Shown here in pieces: positions 49,825 to 62,700 of a DNA stretch of 64,000 nucleotides (positions are counted from its first letter, which is position 1; each line of letters starts with the position of its first letter). Location: assembly GCA_043228905.1 (NCBI GenBank), contig JBHGNT010000021.1, positions 10,230,001-10,294,000 of the forward strand, in the 5' to 3' direction. The stretch is from Azolla caroliniana. Its lineage: Eukaryota; Plantae; Polypodiophyta. The notes under the pieces were generated by a model that saw only the letters and a program-made list of their open reading frames with translations, did no database searches and was not told the DNA's origin. A program made the position numbers and the translations under genes.

Positions 49825-50910
49825 CTAGGTTAGATAGATTCTATGCTAATAAGTTTCTATGGGACAAAGGAGGCTCCATGGAAATTTTAACTTCATTTTC
49901 CTTTTCTGATCAAGCACCACTTCGTTTAGTTATAGTCTTATAGGAGCACTATAAAACTTCTAGATTTCGAATTATGAATCATGTGTTTCTTAGACAAGAT
50001 TGTGTTCCTGTTGTGTATAATATTTGGAATAAGTATGATTATTCTTATGACTATGCATTATCTAGTGTTCAAAAGGCTATTACTGAAATACACCAATTCT
50101 TTCAGTATAAGGCCAAACAAATATGTCAAGCATCTTTCACTGAAATAGGAAGACTTCATAGGGGGTTGAGGTCTTTGCAACATTTGCAAGAGAGAAGGCC
50201 CTATTCGACTTATATAAGTTCTACAATGATACAAGTAGGGAATCAGATATTGGAATTACAAAAGGTTTCTACTAAATTTACTTACCACAATATAGCATCT
50301 AAATGGGTAGAGTCGGGAGATAAAGTAAATAAACTGTTCTTTAAAATGCATAATCACCATAATTCAACTACTAGGATTTCCCGTTTAAAATGTCATGATG
50401 GCTCTTATACCAATGATCCTAGTAAGATGCGGCAAATAGCCTTCGAATATTATGATAATTTGTTGAAGGCTCAACCATTTTCTGGTGAGGATTTGGCTAA
50501 ACAGGATATTATATGACCGAGGATTCAACATAGAGTGTATGTTAAACTTTCTGAATGTCTTTTGCAACCACTAAGTCCTCAAGAGATTTTTAAAGTAGCA
50601 AAGGCCTTAACAGAGGATGTTTGTCCTGGATTAGATGGATTGGGGGTTCGATGGTATATACAATATTAGGATTTGATATGTGAGGGACTGACTAAAGCTT
50701 ATCAACAGGTTTTAGATTCTGGAAATATGCCGCAAGAAAGGAATGACAGTTTAATCTACATGATTCCCAAATCAAGTCGTCAGTTAGAGGAGCTTCGACA
50801 TTGGAGGCCAATTACTTTGTTGAATGTTATTTATAAAATATTAGCCAAAACGTTAGCTAGACTTCTACAACCTTATCTTTCTGAATTAATTCATGATTCT
50901 CAGACAGGTT
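49825..50910 (+). pseudogene. LINE ORF2 fragment (endonuclease C-terminus to start of RT)
   Basis: SRLDRFY, SDQAPL, GDKVNKLFF, CPGLDGL, MIPK..WRPITLLNVIYKILAK..QTGF. Confidence 0.85.
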
Positions 50911-52890
50911 TTACTCTTATTTATAGGTTTAGGATTGCTTGCTTTTTTCCCCTAAAAAAAAGCTTGTCTATATGAGTCAACTTTTCTTTTCCTCACTATT
51001 TTTGTTTTCTAGCCCCAAATTTCACATACAAGATATTCTTGAAAGCTCTTTGGGTTAGCTTTCTTATGCATCCTTTCTTTTCTAATTTGGACATTTGATG
51101 AGGAAATTATGAGCTGTTTACTTGACCTTGCTCCTCATATCCATAGCTAACTTTTCTTTTCCCATTTTTTTCTCTATTTTTGTCTAGTTTCGAAAACCTC
51201 TTATAACTTTTTATCCTTTCATTTATTGCTATAGTTGAGTTAAGAAAATTAGTTTATTTAGACCACTGTTTTATTATCTTTTGAGGATGGTTTCACACTA
51301 TGTGTCGAAAACATCATGACGTCCACCCCCACCAAACCTACACATCCTCTGGTATATGCCAATGATTGTTAGCTGCTATTGCTTATTCTTTTTAAACCTC
51401 GAAGTCTAGAGGTTCGATTTCAGGATTTGTGGTCTCTCTTCTTTTAAAGATCTTGATTCTCTTCCCTACAATCGGCAAAGCAAGTCAAGTTCTATCTCAT
51501 TCATCTAGAAAATAGGTTGCATTGTTTTCAATTTCCTTAACCACGTATGGGCCAAACCATCATTTCACGAACTTTCGAGTAGTGTTATGCTGATTATCAA
51601 GGTTGCTATCATAGACAAGTACCCAATCTCCTTCTTCACTTTTTCTTAGAGGAAGACGATGCTTTTTATCAAAATTCTCCTTGTTCCTCAATCGAGCCTC
51701 ACATAATCGTTCTATTGCTAACTCGACATCTTTGGGTCTCCGTTCTAATTGTTGGATCATTGTAGCTAGCAAGTCTTCTCGACTCATCTCCTCTTGCCAT
51801 GGCAAATCCGTCCGTGAGGTAACACTTTACTTGATAGGCATTATTGGTTTTTGCCCTAATATGAGCTCGGACGGCATATATCCAATAGTCGTGCTATGTG
51901 TAGTTCTATCGGCCCACAATGCATATGGTAATAATTGTGGCCAATCCCCCATCTTCCCATCGCAAGCCTTTCCTAGAGTTTTTACAATCGAGCTATGCCC
52001 CGCTCCACCTTCCCATTTGCCTCCGGGTTGTATGCCATGGTAAGTGATAATTTGACGCCTATCCTTGAGAAAAATTCTTTAGCTTCATTTGCATCTAATT
52101 CTCCTCTATTGGCTACTATTTTGCCGACACATTCGTATTGACAAATAACATCTTCAAGGAGAAACTTGCAAACTGCCAAAGTTGTTTTATTCCTTAGTGC
52201 CCGACCTTCTACTTGGTTGGTGAGATCCTCTCTTGCTAGCACGAGGTATCTCATTTGCCACAATCCCATTGGCATTACCACTATGTCTACCAACCACTTA
52301 TAGTGCATTGATAATGGAAATGTCGGATGAAGTTCATCCCAATGTTGAACATTCGAGTATAATTGGCAGTGCACACATGTTTCAACATAGCTTGCTACAT
52401 CTTTGTAAACACCCGGCCACCAATACTTCTCCTTGAACTTTGCAAAAGTTGCCCATATTCCTCGATGACCTGCCCACACACTATCATGAAATTCAACAAT
52501 TAGTGTTTGTTGATCTTGTTTCTTACAGGCCACTTGAATTGGAGTTTCATTCTTCCTCTTTGGAAACTTCCATAGATGTCCTTCTTTGAGGAAGAACTTT
52601 TAGGCCTTCTTCCTAATTCGGTAGAAGTCTTCCTTTGACCATGATTCATCCTTTGTAAGAGAGCTTAAGTACTTGCCGATTTCGATGAATTCCCCCTCAT
52701 AATCTTCTACTTTAAACACCGCTAGCACCCGAGCACAAGAAACCGTAAAGAAGTTTAGGCCAACATCCTCTTCATCGGAGCGCGGATCTTCTTCACCCTC
52801 GTACCTTGCCCTTGAAAACATATTGGCCACCACATTATGTTTCCCAGTTATATGTTGAATCTTGGGGTTGAGTGACTTGATATAGGCAAT

Positions 52891-53600
52891 TGTTAGGAAT
52901 TGAGGCCTTCAAAACCTTCACCTCTTGGCCACAACCGAGGAAACACGGATCAATGCAGCAGTAAATCGAAACCACAGAGAGAGACTCGAATGCACAGGGT
53001 TTAGCGTGGAAAACCCTGGACGGGAAAAACCACAGGAGTGCAAGACTCCAACTATCACTATACGCAGGGAATGTACAATGGCGAGCTGCAAGACGACGAC
53101 CTTGAGCTCGCTGTCCTCGCCACAGGCGGCGGTATTACACAGAGGCGTCTACCTCTTCCTTTCGCTCTCTCTCTCTCACTCTCTCTCTCTCGGCTGCTCT
53201 CACTTCGCTCCCTCTAAGTGGAAAACAGAAAAAAAATGAGCAACAACAACAAAACTGTTTGCCCTAAGTCATATTTATACACATATGACTTTCGGGCTAT
53301 TTACAAATATGGCCTCAAGGACCCTTGGCAGACATATTCACAAATATGTCCCCGCATCCGGATTTCTCTCCGGGTACATTCGTCATCCGGCTCCGTAGTC
53401 GGGGTCTTCATCATCCGGATCCGGAAACCGGGTCTTCATCATCCGGCTCCGGAACCGGGTCTTCATCATCCGGATCTGGAACCGGGTCTTCATCATCCGG
53501 CTCCGGAACCGGGTCTCCATCATCCGGCTCCGGAACCGGGTCTTCATTCCCGATTCCCGGACATCCGACCATCCCATCCGGAGGGACCGTAATCCCAACA
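52891..53600 (-). mobile_element. Copia-type solo LTR with perfect 5-bp TSD GCAAT, inserted in RNase H
   Basis: TGTTAGG...CCCAACA; GCAAT on both sides; shares GTGGAAAACC..AAAACCAC and GGCTATTTACAAATAT motifs with LTR 13352-14384. Confidence 0.92.
53385..53550. repeat. 27-bp tandem array GAACCGGGTCTTCATCATCCGGCTCCG (~5-6 copies) inside the solo LTR
   Basis: Direct inspection; HHPAPEPGL periodicity. Confidence 0.92.
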
Positions 53601-54890
53601 GCAATCCATCGTATCATAGCAATATCCGGCGTAGCACAACCGGATATCATCCTGAGAATAGGTAAACAATCGGTTTCGATTATGACTTCCGTTCCGATAA
53701 GGTAGTCGCGATCGGTTTTAACTGCGGACACTATCCCCCATAGCTCTCTCTTTACTTGGGCGTACTTTCTTTGTTTTTTGGCCAACACCTTTGCACCGAA
53801 TCAGATTGCATACCGATTTTTGTCGTTGTCTTCTTGGTTAATCACCCATCCAATTCCGGTTGGGCTTGTATCCCCTGTCACATATGTCGGGGTACCTTCG
53901 GTGTAGTCAGCTTTGCGCAATGCTGGAGCTTCCAATAATAGTTTCTTCAACTTTTGAACCACGTATGTATGCTCGTCTTCCCGTTCAAACTTCTTCCTTT
54001 TCTTTAGTAGTCCATACAATGGTTCAACGACATGGGCATAGTGTGGAATCCATATGTGGTAGAATGCACATGCTCCCAAGAATCTTCTCACCTCTGTTTG
54101 GGACTCACAATCCTCTTTCATCTCTTGGATAGCATTCACCTTGGATGGAGATGACTTCCGACCATAAGATCCACACAAGTGTCCTACTACCAATATTTCT
54201 GGTTGACCAAATGCGGACTTCTCTCCCGAAAACGTGAGATTTTCATCCTCAAGCTTTTGCAACACCTTCTCGCTATCCTTTATATGATCGATGACGAATC
54301 TTCAGCAACCATCTTCATCTTTTTCTTCCACCAAGAATCCTTTGATTGGAATGTTATCTAAGAAGGGCATTGTGATATCACGAATACAATCCTTTAACAC
54401 TTTGTTCATGGCATTCACCATGTGGGCTACGGAGTTTGTCGCACCTTGGGGTAAGGTGCACATCCTTACCAACCTGATCGATGTCCTCATTGTTGTAATG
54501 TCTCTACTATCGACTGACAATTGAAATTGATCGTAGCCCGAGTAGAGATCACCAATGGAATAGATCGATCTTCCTGTGAAGGCTTCGGCAAATTCATCCA
54601 CGCTTGGACCAATTCCGTCATTTCATATCGTCACCTTGTTAACGGGTTGGAGATCTTGAATAAAGCGTAAGGATCCATTCTTCTTCGGCACCGTAAACCA
54701 TCTATTGGAGTAGGGAGCATTGGACGGCTCAAGAATTCCCATCCTAACCTTTTCCTTTAGAAGCTCAAAACTTTGGAATGTGAGCTCTTGGAACCGGTAT
54801 CGGCTTGAGGTTCCAAGGTACATGTGGCATCGTAAATATCACCATCGGCTCTATCATCTTCGTGTCAGCACATCCGATTTCTTGTGGAGA

Positions 54891-55350
54891 GAAGAAAGAG
54901 ACGGTTGTGGCTCTTATAGACCATGGATAAGAGATTAACCTTATGTCAACGGATTTCTACAAGAAGGGAAGATGGCCTATCAACATGAACCATGGATGGA
55001 AGATTCATGCGAAGGCCACAAAAGATCTTTATGGAGCATGTCCCAACATTCAAGTCACAATCGAGGATGTAGAGATTGACCAACACTTTTTTTTGCAAGA
55101 TTCGGCTTCCCATTCGGTGATTCTTGGGCAACCCTACATAACATCATCAAGGATGGAGACTAAGGTGTTCGATAGTGGAGTAGCATTCACTCGGGTGAAG
55201 AGTCTTGATGGTCAAAAGTTGGTTCAATTCTTGATAGTGCGAGCTAATCATGAGAGGAATCGAGATAGCCTCAGAGATGAGGCCTCAGATTTTTAACACG
55301 GACTATTGAAGAATGGGGCAAAGATAGTTCGAGAAAAAGTAAGTCCCCGA
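54891..55350 (+). pseudogene. Trp-gypsy protease fragment and ORF1/ORF2 junction
   Basis: VVALIDHG, GRWPIN, VILGQPYI, VQFLIVRANHERNR..DF*. Confidence 0.85.
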
Positions 55351-55379
55351 AAAGAAGAAACAAGCAAGAAGGAAAACTA

Positions 55380-56254
55380 AATTTAACCGTTCAAGCGACA
55401 TTGGTGAACCTGACGTGAAAGAGCAGTAGAGGAGGACAAAGACGGATGAAGAAGAGATTATGTCAAAGCTAATGGTGGATTTCGTGTGGGCAAGGTGCTA
55501 TGAAGCAAAGAAAACAAAGGTTGTTAACCTTTGGCCTCACCACATCACTTTTCTTTGGCACATGCCGGAGGATGTGCGGTTTGGTGGGGGTGGATGTCGT
55601 GGTGTGGTGTGTGTAGTGTGAGAAAAACCGAGGTTCCACTCATATCTCATGAAATAATGTATAAATAAATAAATAATAATAATAATAAGTAAGTTGTAGT
55701 AGCATAGTGGTTAAAACTTATAAGTATATTTAGAGAGGTGTAGAGTTTGAGTCTCTCTTCTTACAAATCAATAACAACTTTAAGCACCTAATGATAGTTG
55801 GGACACTACTCACTTGTTGGTCTCAAGTACAACTATCACCTTGTTCAAAGGTATGTATGCGTAACTAGTGTCGTAGTGTATTTTGTATAGTACGTGAAAA
55901 ACGTATAAAGTACCCGATTTAATAAATATCAAGAAAACGAAGAAAATATGAGAATACATGTATGGGGTAAGATTCAAACCTTGTACCTCCATGTTAATAA
56001 TTTGAAGCATTACCATTACACTAACACATCATGAGTGTTAAAAAAATACATATCCCACATACAAATGTTACTTCACGCATACTTTCTAGGAAAAATCTTT
56101 TGTTAGAAGAAAAACGCATGATAGAAAAAAGCTACACATGCACATCTAGCGTGCGTGAACACTATAGTCGATAAAAAAACCCCATGAGGTTAGGAAAAGC
56201 ATAAAGTTTAGAAGAAAACATATAGTCAATAGATAGAAAAAGCATGCCTTTCGA
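55380..56254 (+). mobile_element. TRIM-like remnant: LTR end, Trp PBS (55402-55419), ~195-bp internal region, PPT, LTR from 55595
   Basis: GCGACA-TTGGTGAACCTGACGTGAA; GGATGTGCGGTTTGGTGGGGGTGGA-TGTCGTG. Confidence 0.6.
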
Positions 56255-56789
56255 TGTCGGATCGTTGCGTGAGTCGAGTGGGAGCCGCTAGGGTTTTGGA
56301 CTAGGAGGAGGAGAGTTTTAAGGCTAATAAGAATATAAATAGATTATAAGAAAGAGAGATTGAAACTTGTGAATCCCACAAGTATAATGTATTTTATTAA
56401 TCAATATATAGATAAGAATATGAATTTAGATTGAATGAGAAGGACATAGAAACCTCGTGAATCCTTAATAATAAATTAGAATAGATTGGAAGAGAAAGAT
56501 ATAGAAAACTTGTGAATCCCACAAGCATAGTTTATTTTATTAATCATTATTTTTGAACCCTAATGATTTTTCATCCATAATTTTCTCTCTCCTCATTACA
56601 TTGTGCTCCCCATCCTTATATAGTGATAAGAGAGTTTTAGCAATCCATACTTTTTCTCTAACTATGGACTCCATGCTTTCTCTATCTATAGACTATATGC
56701 TTTCTCTAACATGCTTTTCTAACCTCGTGCGTTTTTTACAGACTATAGTGTTTATGCACGCTAGATATGACTTATCTTTGACCACAACA
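56255..56789 (-). mobile_element. Trp-gypsy-type LTR in opposite orientation
   Basis: TGTCGG..GGGTTTTGGACTAGG terminus and CACAACA end; ~56710-56770 is an inverted match of ~56140-56200. Confidence 0.55.
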
Positions 56790-56799
56790 AGCTTAAACG

Positions 56800-59700
56800 T
56801 GGTGTCGACGAAGCTGCAAAAATTAATAGCTTTAGTCGAGTCGCTGCGATTGGGCTACAAGAGAGGATCCAAGACCTATAGAGGGAGCATTAGACATGGG
56901 CGACTTTCAAAAGAGCATTATTGAATGAATACAACCTCAACGATATGTCAAGGATGACAAGGCGAGCTTTCATTGATTGGGTAGAGTTTGTTAAACATTT
57001 AAGTGTTTTGGAAGTATTAAAAGAATTTTCAGAAAGATTTGAGCAATTAAATGTTAGGGATAGAAATATAATAATGCTAGATAAAATAATATTGTTTCTA
57101 CAAGCCACTAATATTAAAGATAGGAAGGACTTGGGAATGCTTCTGGAAGATCAGAATAGTCCAAGTGGACTTACCAAAGACTAGGAGGAGGTGAAAAGGG
57201 TGTGCAACCATTTCTGTAAAAGAAATTTATGGTTTATGGAGTTTCCTGAGAGAAAGGGAGATGAAATGGAAAACAATTCGGGAGAGAAGAAAATAGAAGA
57301 TTCACTCTTGCATGAGTTGGTGAAAGGCATGAAAGACTTGTCGATCAAAGTGACGAAGCTAGAATCGGGACAAAGATAAACTTCGTCAAGGCCAGGAGGT
57401 GGAATGGTCCGAAGGCATATGTGGTGTGATGTTGAAACGTATGTGCGGAAGCGTAAGACAACAGCTTGGCTGCGTAGCAGCAGAGAGAGAGAGAGAGAGA
57501 GAATAATACACAAAATATAGAGAGTACTCGGGAGAGATAGAGAGAGCAGAACAAGAATCTAGATTCAAAAATTATATCAACACTCTGTACATACAACGTG
57601 CTCAATAACACTATTTATACAAGTCCTCATGGGACTGACAGAAGTACAACGTACTTCAATGCTCACACGAGCGTCTGACACTAACTACGAGACAATAACT
57701 ACCTAGTAATCTAAGCTATTACTCGGCTTCCGGTTACTGCTAGATCCGGCTAACTGGCTCCCCAGCTCACCGGCTCACCGGCTCACCGATCCGGTTCATC
57801 GTTCGGGATGCCGATCTGGCTCAGGCTTATTCAGCCGATCCAGATCCGGTTGAGCTTGCCACTCAACACTCCCCCTCAAGCTCAACTTGAGGTCGGATCG
57901 TAGTGTCAGTCTCCATGGCAGCCGGTCCATCCACCCCGCTCCTTCTAGTGTCACTCCGCCTTGCTCACGCTCCTCGTCCGGTCCGGTCCCGTTTGCCGCA
58001 ACCCTTCTTGTTCTGCGCACCTCGACGTTCTCGGTCAGCTCGTCTTCTCAACAGGCCCAATTCAGCTCCCTCGCTACTACGACTCCGGCGCTTGTCGACC
58101 TGCCGATTCCTTCGTGTTGGTGTCGACTTTTGCTGCCATCTCATCCTCTTGGCCTTGAATTGATCCGGTTCTTCCGAATCCGTCTGTTGAACCGAATCGG
58201 TTGTCTCTGATTCGTTCCAGCTCTTGTCTGAATCGGTTGCTCCCGATTCGTTTTCCGGTTCTAGGCCCTTCACCACATTGGACCATGTCCGGGTCTTGGC
58301 CTTCTTCTTTTGGTTGGCTCTGTCCTTCTTGACTCTGCCGCCGCTGCTGCTTGTTCCGACTTGTTCGGATGTGCCAACTTCCTTTGTCGACTCGGCTCCT
58401 TTCTTCTTCTTGTCTCCCCCTTTGTCGGTTCTTCCCTCACCGGCGCAATCGGCAGTTTCTTTGCCTTTGCCCATTCCGGTGGCTTTGCCCGTTCTCCCCC
58501 TCAAGTGTGGCACGTCGAGATGCTGAACATTAAGCATTTCGGTGAAGTGCTACAACTTGTCCGATCCGAGCGGTTTGGTGAAGATGTCAGCAACTTACCG
58601 ATCTGTATGAACATACTGAAGTTCGACTTCACCGCTCAGGACACGCTCATGCACGAAGTGGTAGTGCACTTCTATGTGTTTTGTGCGAGCATGGAATACT
58701 GCTTATGTTGTCGCAATAGATCAGGATCGGGGTTGGCACCTCAATCCGCAGGTCTTGCAGCAGTCACCGAAGCTAAATGGCTTCATGGGTGGCAACGGTA
58801 ACGCCCCGGTATTCAGCCTCAATGCTCGAGAGGGCCACTGTTGGCTGCTTTTTGCTGCTCCATGCATCACCGGCCCAATCGGCATCGGTGTAGCCGACTA
58901 GCTCTTCGGTTAGACCATGCCGGTATACCAGTCTCCGGTCCTTCGTGCTGCTCACATATTGCAAAATTCGATGCGCGCACAGAAGGTGCTCCACGGTCAG
59001 CTTTTGCATATATTGGTTGATGCCGCCGACCGGATAACTGATGTCGGGTCGGGTGATTGTCAAATATATGAGGCTTCCGACGATTTGTCGGAACCGCTTC
59101 TCATCGCAGGCCGGTCTGGAGTCGGGACGGTGCTTCTGGTTCCAATCTAGGGGTGTGGAGATTGGTCGACATTCCGTCATGCCAAAGTTGTACAACTTAT
59201 TCAACACATAGTGTCTTTGTGAGAGCAATATGCCGTCGGGGGTTTGGATCACCTCGATCCCAAGGAAATAGTGAAGGTCCCCGAGGTCCTTCATCTCAAA
59301 TGCTCCGACAGCTGGGACTTGACTCGGCTGATTTCATCGAGTCCGGGTTCGGTGATGACAAGATCATCAACATACAACAAGATGCAAACCGAACCGTCCG
59401 GACCTTGCCAGATGAACAACGAAGAGTCAGACTTGGAGGCCACAAACCCCATCTTACGCAAGCGGTGCATGATCTTCGCATTCCAAGCTCGAGGGGCTTG
59501 CTTTAGGCCATAAAGTGACTTCTTCAGCCGGCATACCGCCGACTTGTTCATCTCCGTCTGAAAACCGGGAGGTTGGGTCATAAAGACCTCTTCTTCAAGA
59601 TCTCCTTGAAGAAATGCATTCTTCACGTCCATCTGGTGAAGATGCCACTCCCTTGCCGCAGCAACCGTCAACACCACACGAATCGTCGTCATCTTCGCTA

Positions 59701-62700
59701 TTGGACAAAGGTCTCATCGTAGTTGATTCTGTGGGTCTACGCGTATCCCTTCGCCCCTAACCGGGCCTACTGGTTAACCGATCTGTCGGCATTGTACTTT
59801 ACTTTGTACACCCACTTACATCCGATCGGTTTACAGTGTCGGGGAGGGTCAACTAGGTCCCATGTGTCATTTGCATCAAGTGCCCACATTTGTTCTTTCA
59901 TAGCGGCACGCCAATGTGCATCCTTTGCCGCTTCTGCGTAGCTTTCCGGCTCACGCACCTCCGCCACCTTGGTCATGTACGCATAGTGATGCGCCATGTA
60001 CTCGTTGTATCTGTACCGCTTCATGGGTTCCTTCTGGCGGGAAGACCAACTTAACTCACCGTTACCCGGTTTTGGACCCTTCATGGCCGGTTCAGTCTTC
60101 GTTCCCGAAGATCCTCCATCTTGCTTTCCGGAGTCGGATCCGCTCCGTTCCAACTCGTCATTGCCGGTTTCGTATTCCCTTCTCTTTGTGCATGAACTAC
60201 CTCCTCGGTTCCTTGCATGGGGAGAGCATGGTAGAGTCTCCACTACTCGCCGGTTCATCATCCGACTGGTCTGGCAGTCCCAGTCGCTCGTTCGGCCTGC
60301 TCAACCGAAAAGATTCCAGACTCTCTTCTTGAGTCTCGGACCCTTTGTCTTCTAACTGGACTGGTTCAGGCTCACTAGCATCATCCTCCGGTAAGGCATC
60401 GGGGCGGAGGTTGGTAAGGCATACCATGATGCCGTTTTATCAAACTCAAAATCTCGGCTAACTCGGACATGCTTCGTCCGGGGGTTATAACACTTAGACC
60501 CCTTTTGCTCATGCGAGTAACCGACCAGAATGCATTTCTCCGACTTTCCATCCAACTTCCTCTGCTTCGCATCCGGCATATGCACATTTGCAATGATACC
60601 AAATATCCGAAGGTGTCGCAAATTCGGCTTGTGCCCGAAATATAGCTCGTGCGCGGACACCTTTTCACCGATCCGGTTTTGGATGTAGACGGCCGTCCGA
60701 ACCGCCTCTGCCCAGTAGAAATGGAGCATGCTCTTCTCTTCCAACATTGCCCTTGCCGCATCCACAATCGACCAATTTTTCCTTTTGGCCACGCCGTTTT
60801 GCTCCGGCGTATATTTGCATTTGAATTCGCGCCGAATTCCCATATGTTGCAGATACCCGTTGAATTGACCAGAAAAGTACTCTTTTCCGCCATCCGACCA
60901 CAAGCACTTGATCTTTCTCTACGATTCCCGCACCACCATGCTTTGGAGGTTCCGGAAACAGTCGAAGACTTCGCTCTTCCGCTCAATGAGGTATATCCAT
61001 GTGTGCCGGCTGTAGTCGTCGATGAAGGAGACGAAATATCGACTCCCGCCAAGACTCATGTTCTGTGCCAGTCCCCATACATCCGAATGAATAAGGTTGA
61101 GCTTGTTACGGCCACGGTTTCTTTCGGTGGGGAATGGAAGCCGGTTTTGCTTCCCGAGTTGGCAGGCTTCACACACTTGGGCCTTCCGGCCACTAAACTT
61201 TGGCAAACCGAAAACAACTTGTTTCGTTTGTAGCTCTTGAAGCCTCCGGTAATTGATGTGGCCGATCCGCTTGTGCCAGAGATCAATATTCGATTCGATC
61301 TTCTGTCCCTTGGCAAACAAAGCGGTGCCGACGTCATTGGTGTTGAGGATAAACATCCTCCCGTCTCTGTGCCCTTGCGCAATGATTTGGCCCTATTCCT
61401 CGATGAAGCACCCGAGGTGCATAAACCGCACCTGCATCCCCTGGTTGACAATCTGTCCAACCAACAACAGGTTCTTCGTGATGGTGTGAACGTGTAATAT
61501 GTTCATCAACTTCCCCCTTTGTCTGAAGTGGCTCAAAGGGACTTCTTCGATATGCACGATTGGGTGAGGAGTGTCGTCTCCGATTTCGACAACTCCCGGT
61601 TGATCCGGTTTCTCCAGAAAAGAGAAGCACTCTTCGTGGCTCGTCATGTGGTTCAACGCACCAGAATCAAAATACCATACTTCCTCTGATTTGGAAGTGG
61701 TGTTCTTCATCGAATTTGCCTCATGCTTCATCACCAAGCCTAGCCCCTTACCGGTCTTCCCGGTTCGGGATCCTTTTGATCCTTGTGTGTAATGCGAGCT
61801 TTGTTGGTTCTCCTGAATGGTTTTGCCGTATCTAGATCTGTCTGAATCGGCACGCTTCTTCTAGCACTCGCTTTCTTTGTGGCTCTTTTTGCCACAATAC
61901 CTGCATTCCGTGGTGGATTTGCTGCCTTGACTCCCCTTGCTTGTGGAAGTCCCGGAATTGCTGTCAACATGTTCTTTGTGCTTTCTTTCCTGCTCTTGCC
62001 GGCCGCCTCTAGTGCGTGTCGACCCACCTCGTCCCCTATGCCCACGGGGCCTATCCGCCTCTGTGTACAACATCCGGTTGTCCGATTGAGTGGTCCTGGA
62101 CCCACTTGCATGGTTTTCTTCGACCATCAGCATCGATCGCAAGTCAAAGAAGGTCGGTGGTTTCTCCCGGGTGCAGATCGCTGTCCGGATTAGCCCGTAC
62201 CTTTGCGCTAGACCACCAAGGCATATTTGTACCATTTTGTCTTCGTCCACCGTCACATTGATGGACCTGAGCGCGTCGCAAATCTCCTTTATTTTGGCGG
62301 TGTAGTCCATAACCGACATGTCTCTTTGTCGGATGTTGTTCAGCTCTTGCCAGAGCTGCAACTTACGGGCTGTGGTTCTTGCGGCGAAAATCTTACGTAG
62401 ATTTTCCTAGGCCTCCTTCAACGTCTTTGCATCCTTGATGTAGCCGAGCATCTGGTGGTGCACACAGGACGTGAGTCAGTATAATACTCCGCTCGATCTT
62501 TTCTCCCATACCGAGAAGTCCTTATGTCTAGGCTTTGGTGCTACCTCATTCGTTCCTTCCATGAAACTCCAATACCCATGCTCCAGTAGGTACTGGTGCA
62601 TTTTGTATGACCAAGACATGTAGTTGCTCTAGTCGAGCTTCTCTGTAGGAAGTGAACTCGCCATACCTCTGTCCATATTTTTTCTGTCTACTGTTCTCAC

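Larger units (their letters stand above)
50912..54890 (-). mobile_element. AT-rich degenerate Trp-gypsy-type element: partial 3' LTR (~50912-51321), PPT, integrase-RNaseH-RT
   Basis: PPT motif at 51322-51340; ORFs similar to pol of the 19515 element (REDLTNQVEGRAL, KRELWGIVSAVK, LPQGATNS). Confidence 0.88.

Noticed and set aside
53411-53788. RNase H fused to an acidic PEPDDED repeat
   Set aside because: Read-through from pol into the solo-LTR minisatellite
55690-56030. Functional tRNA genes
   Set aside because: Only degenerate A/B boxes; no convincing cloverleaf or acceptor stem
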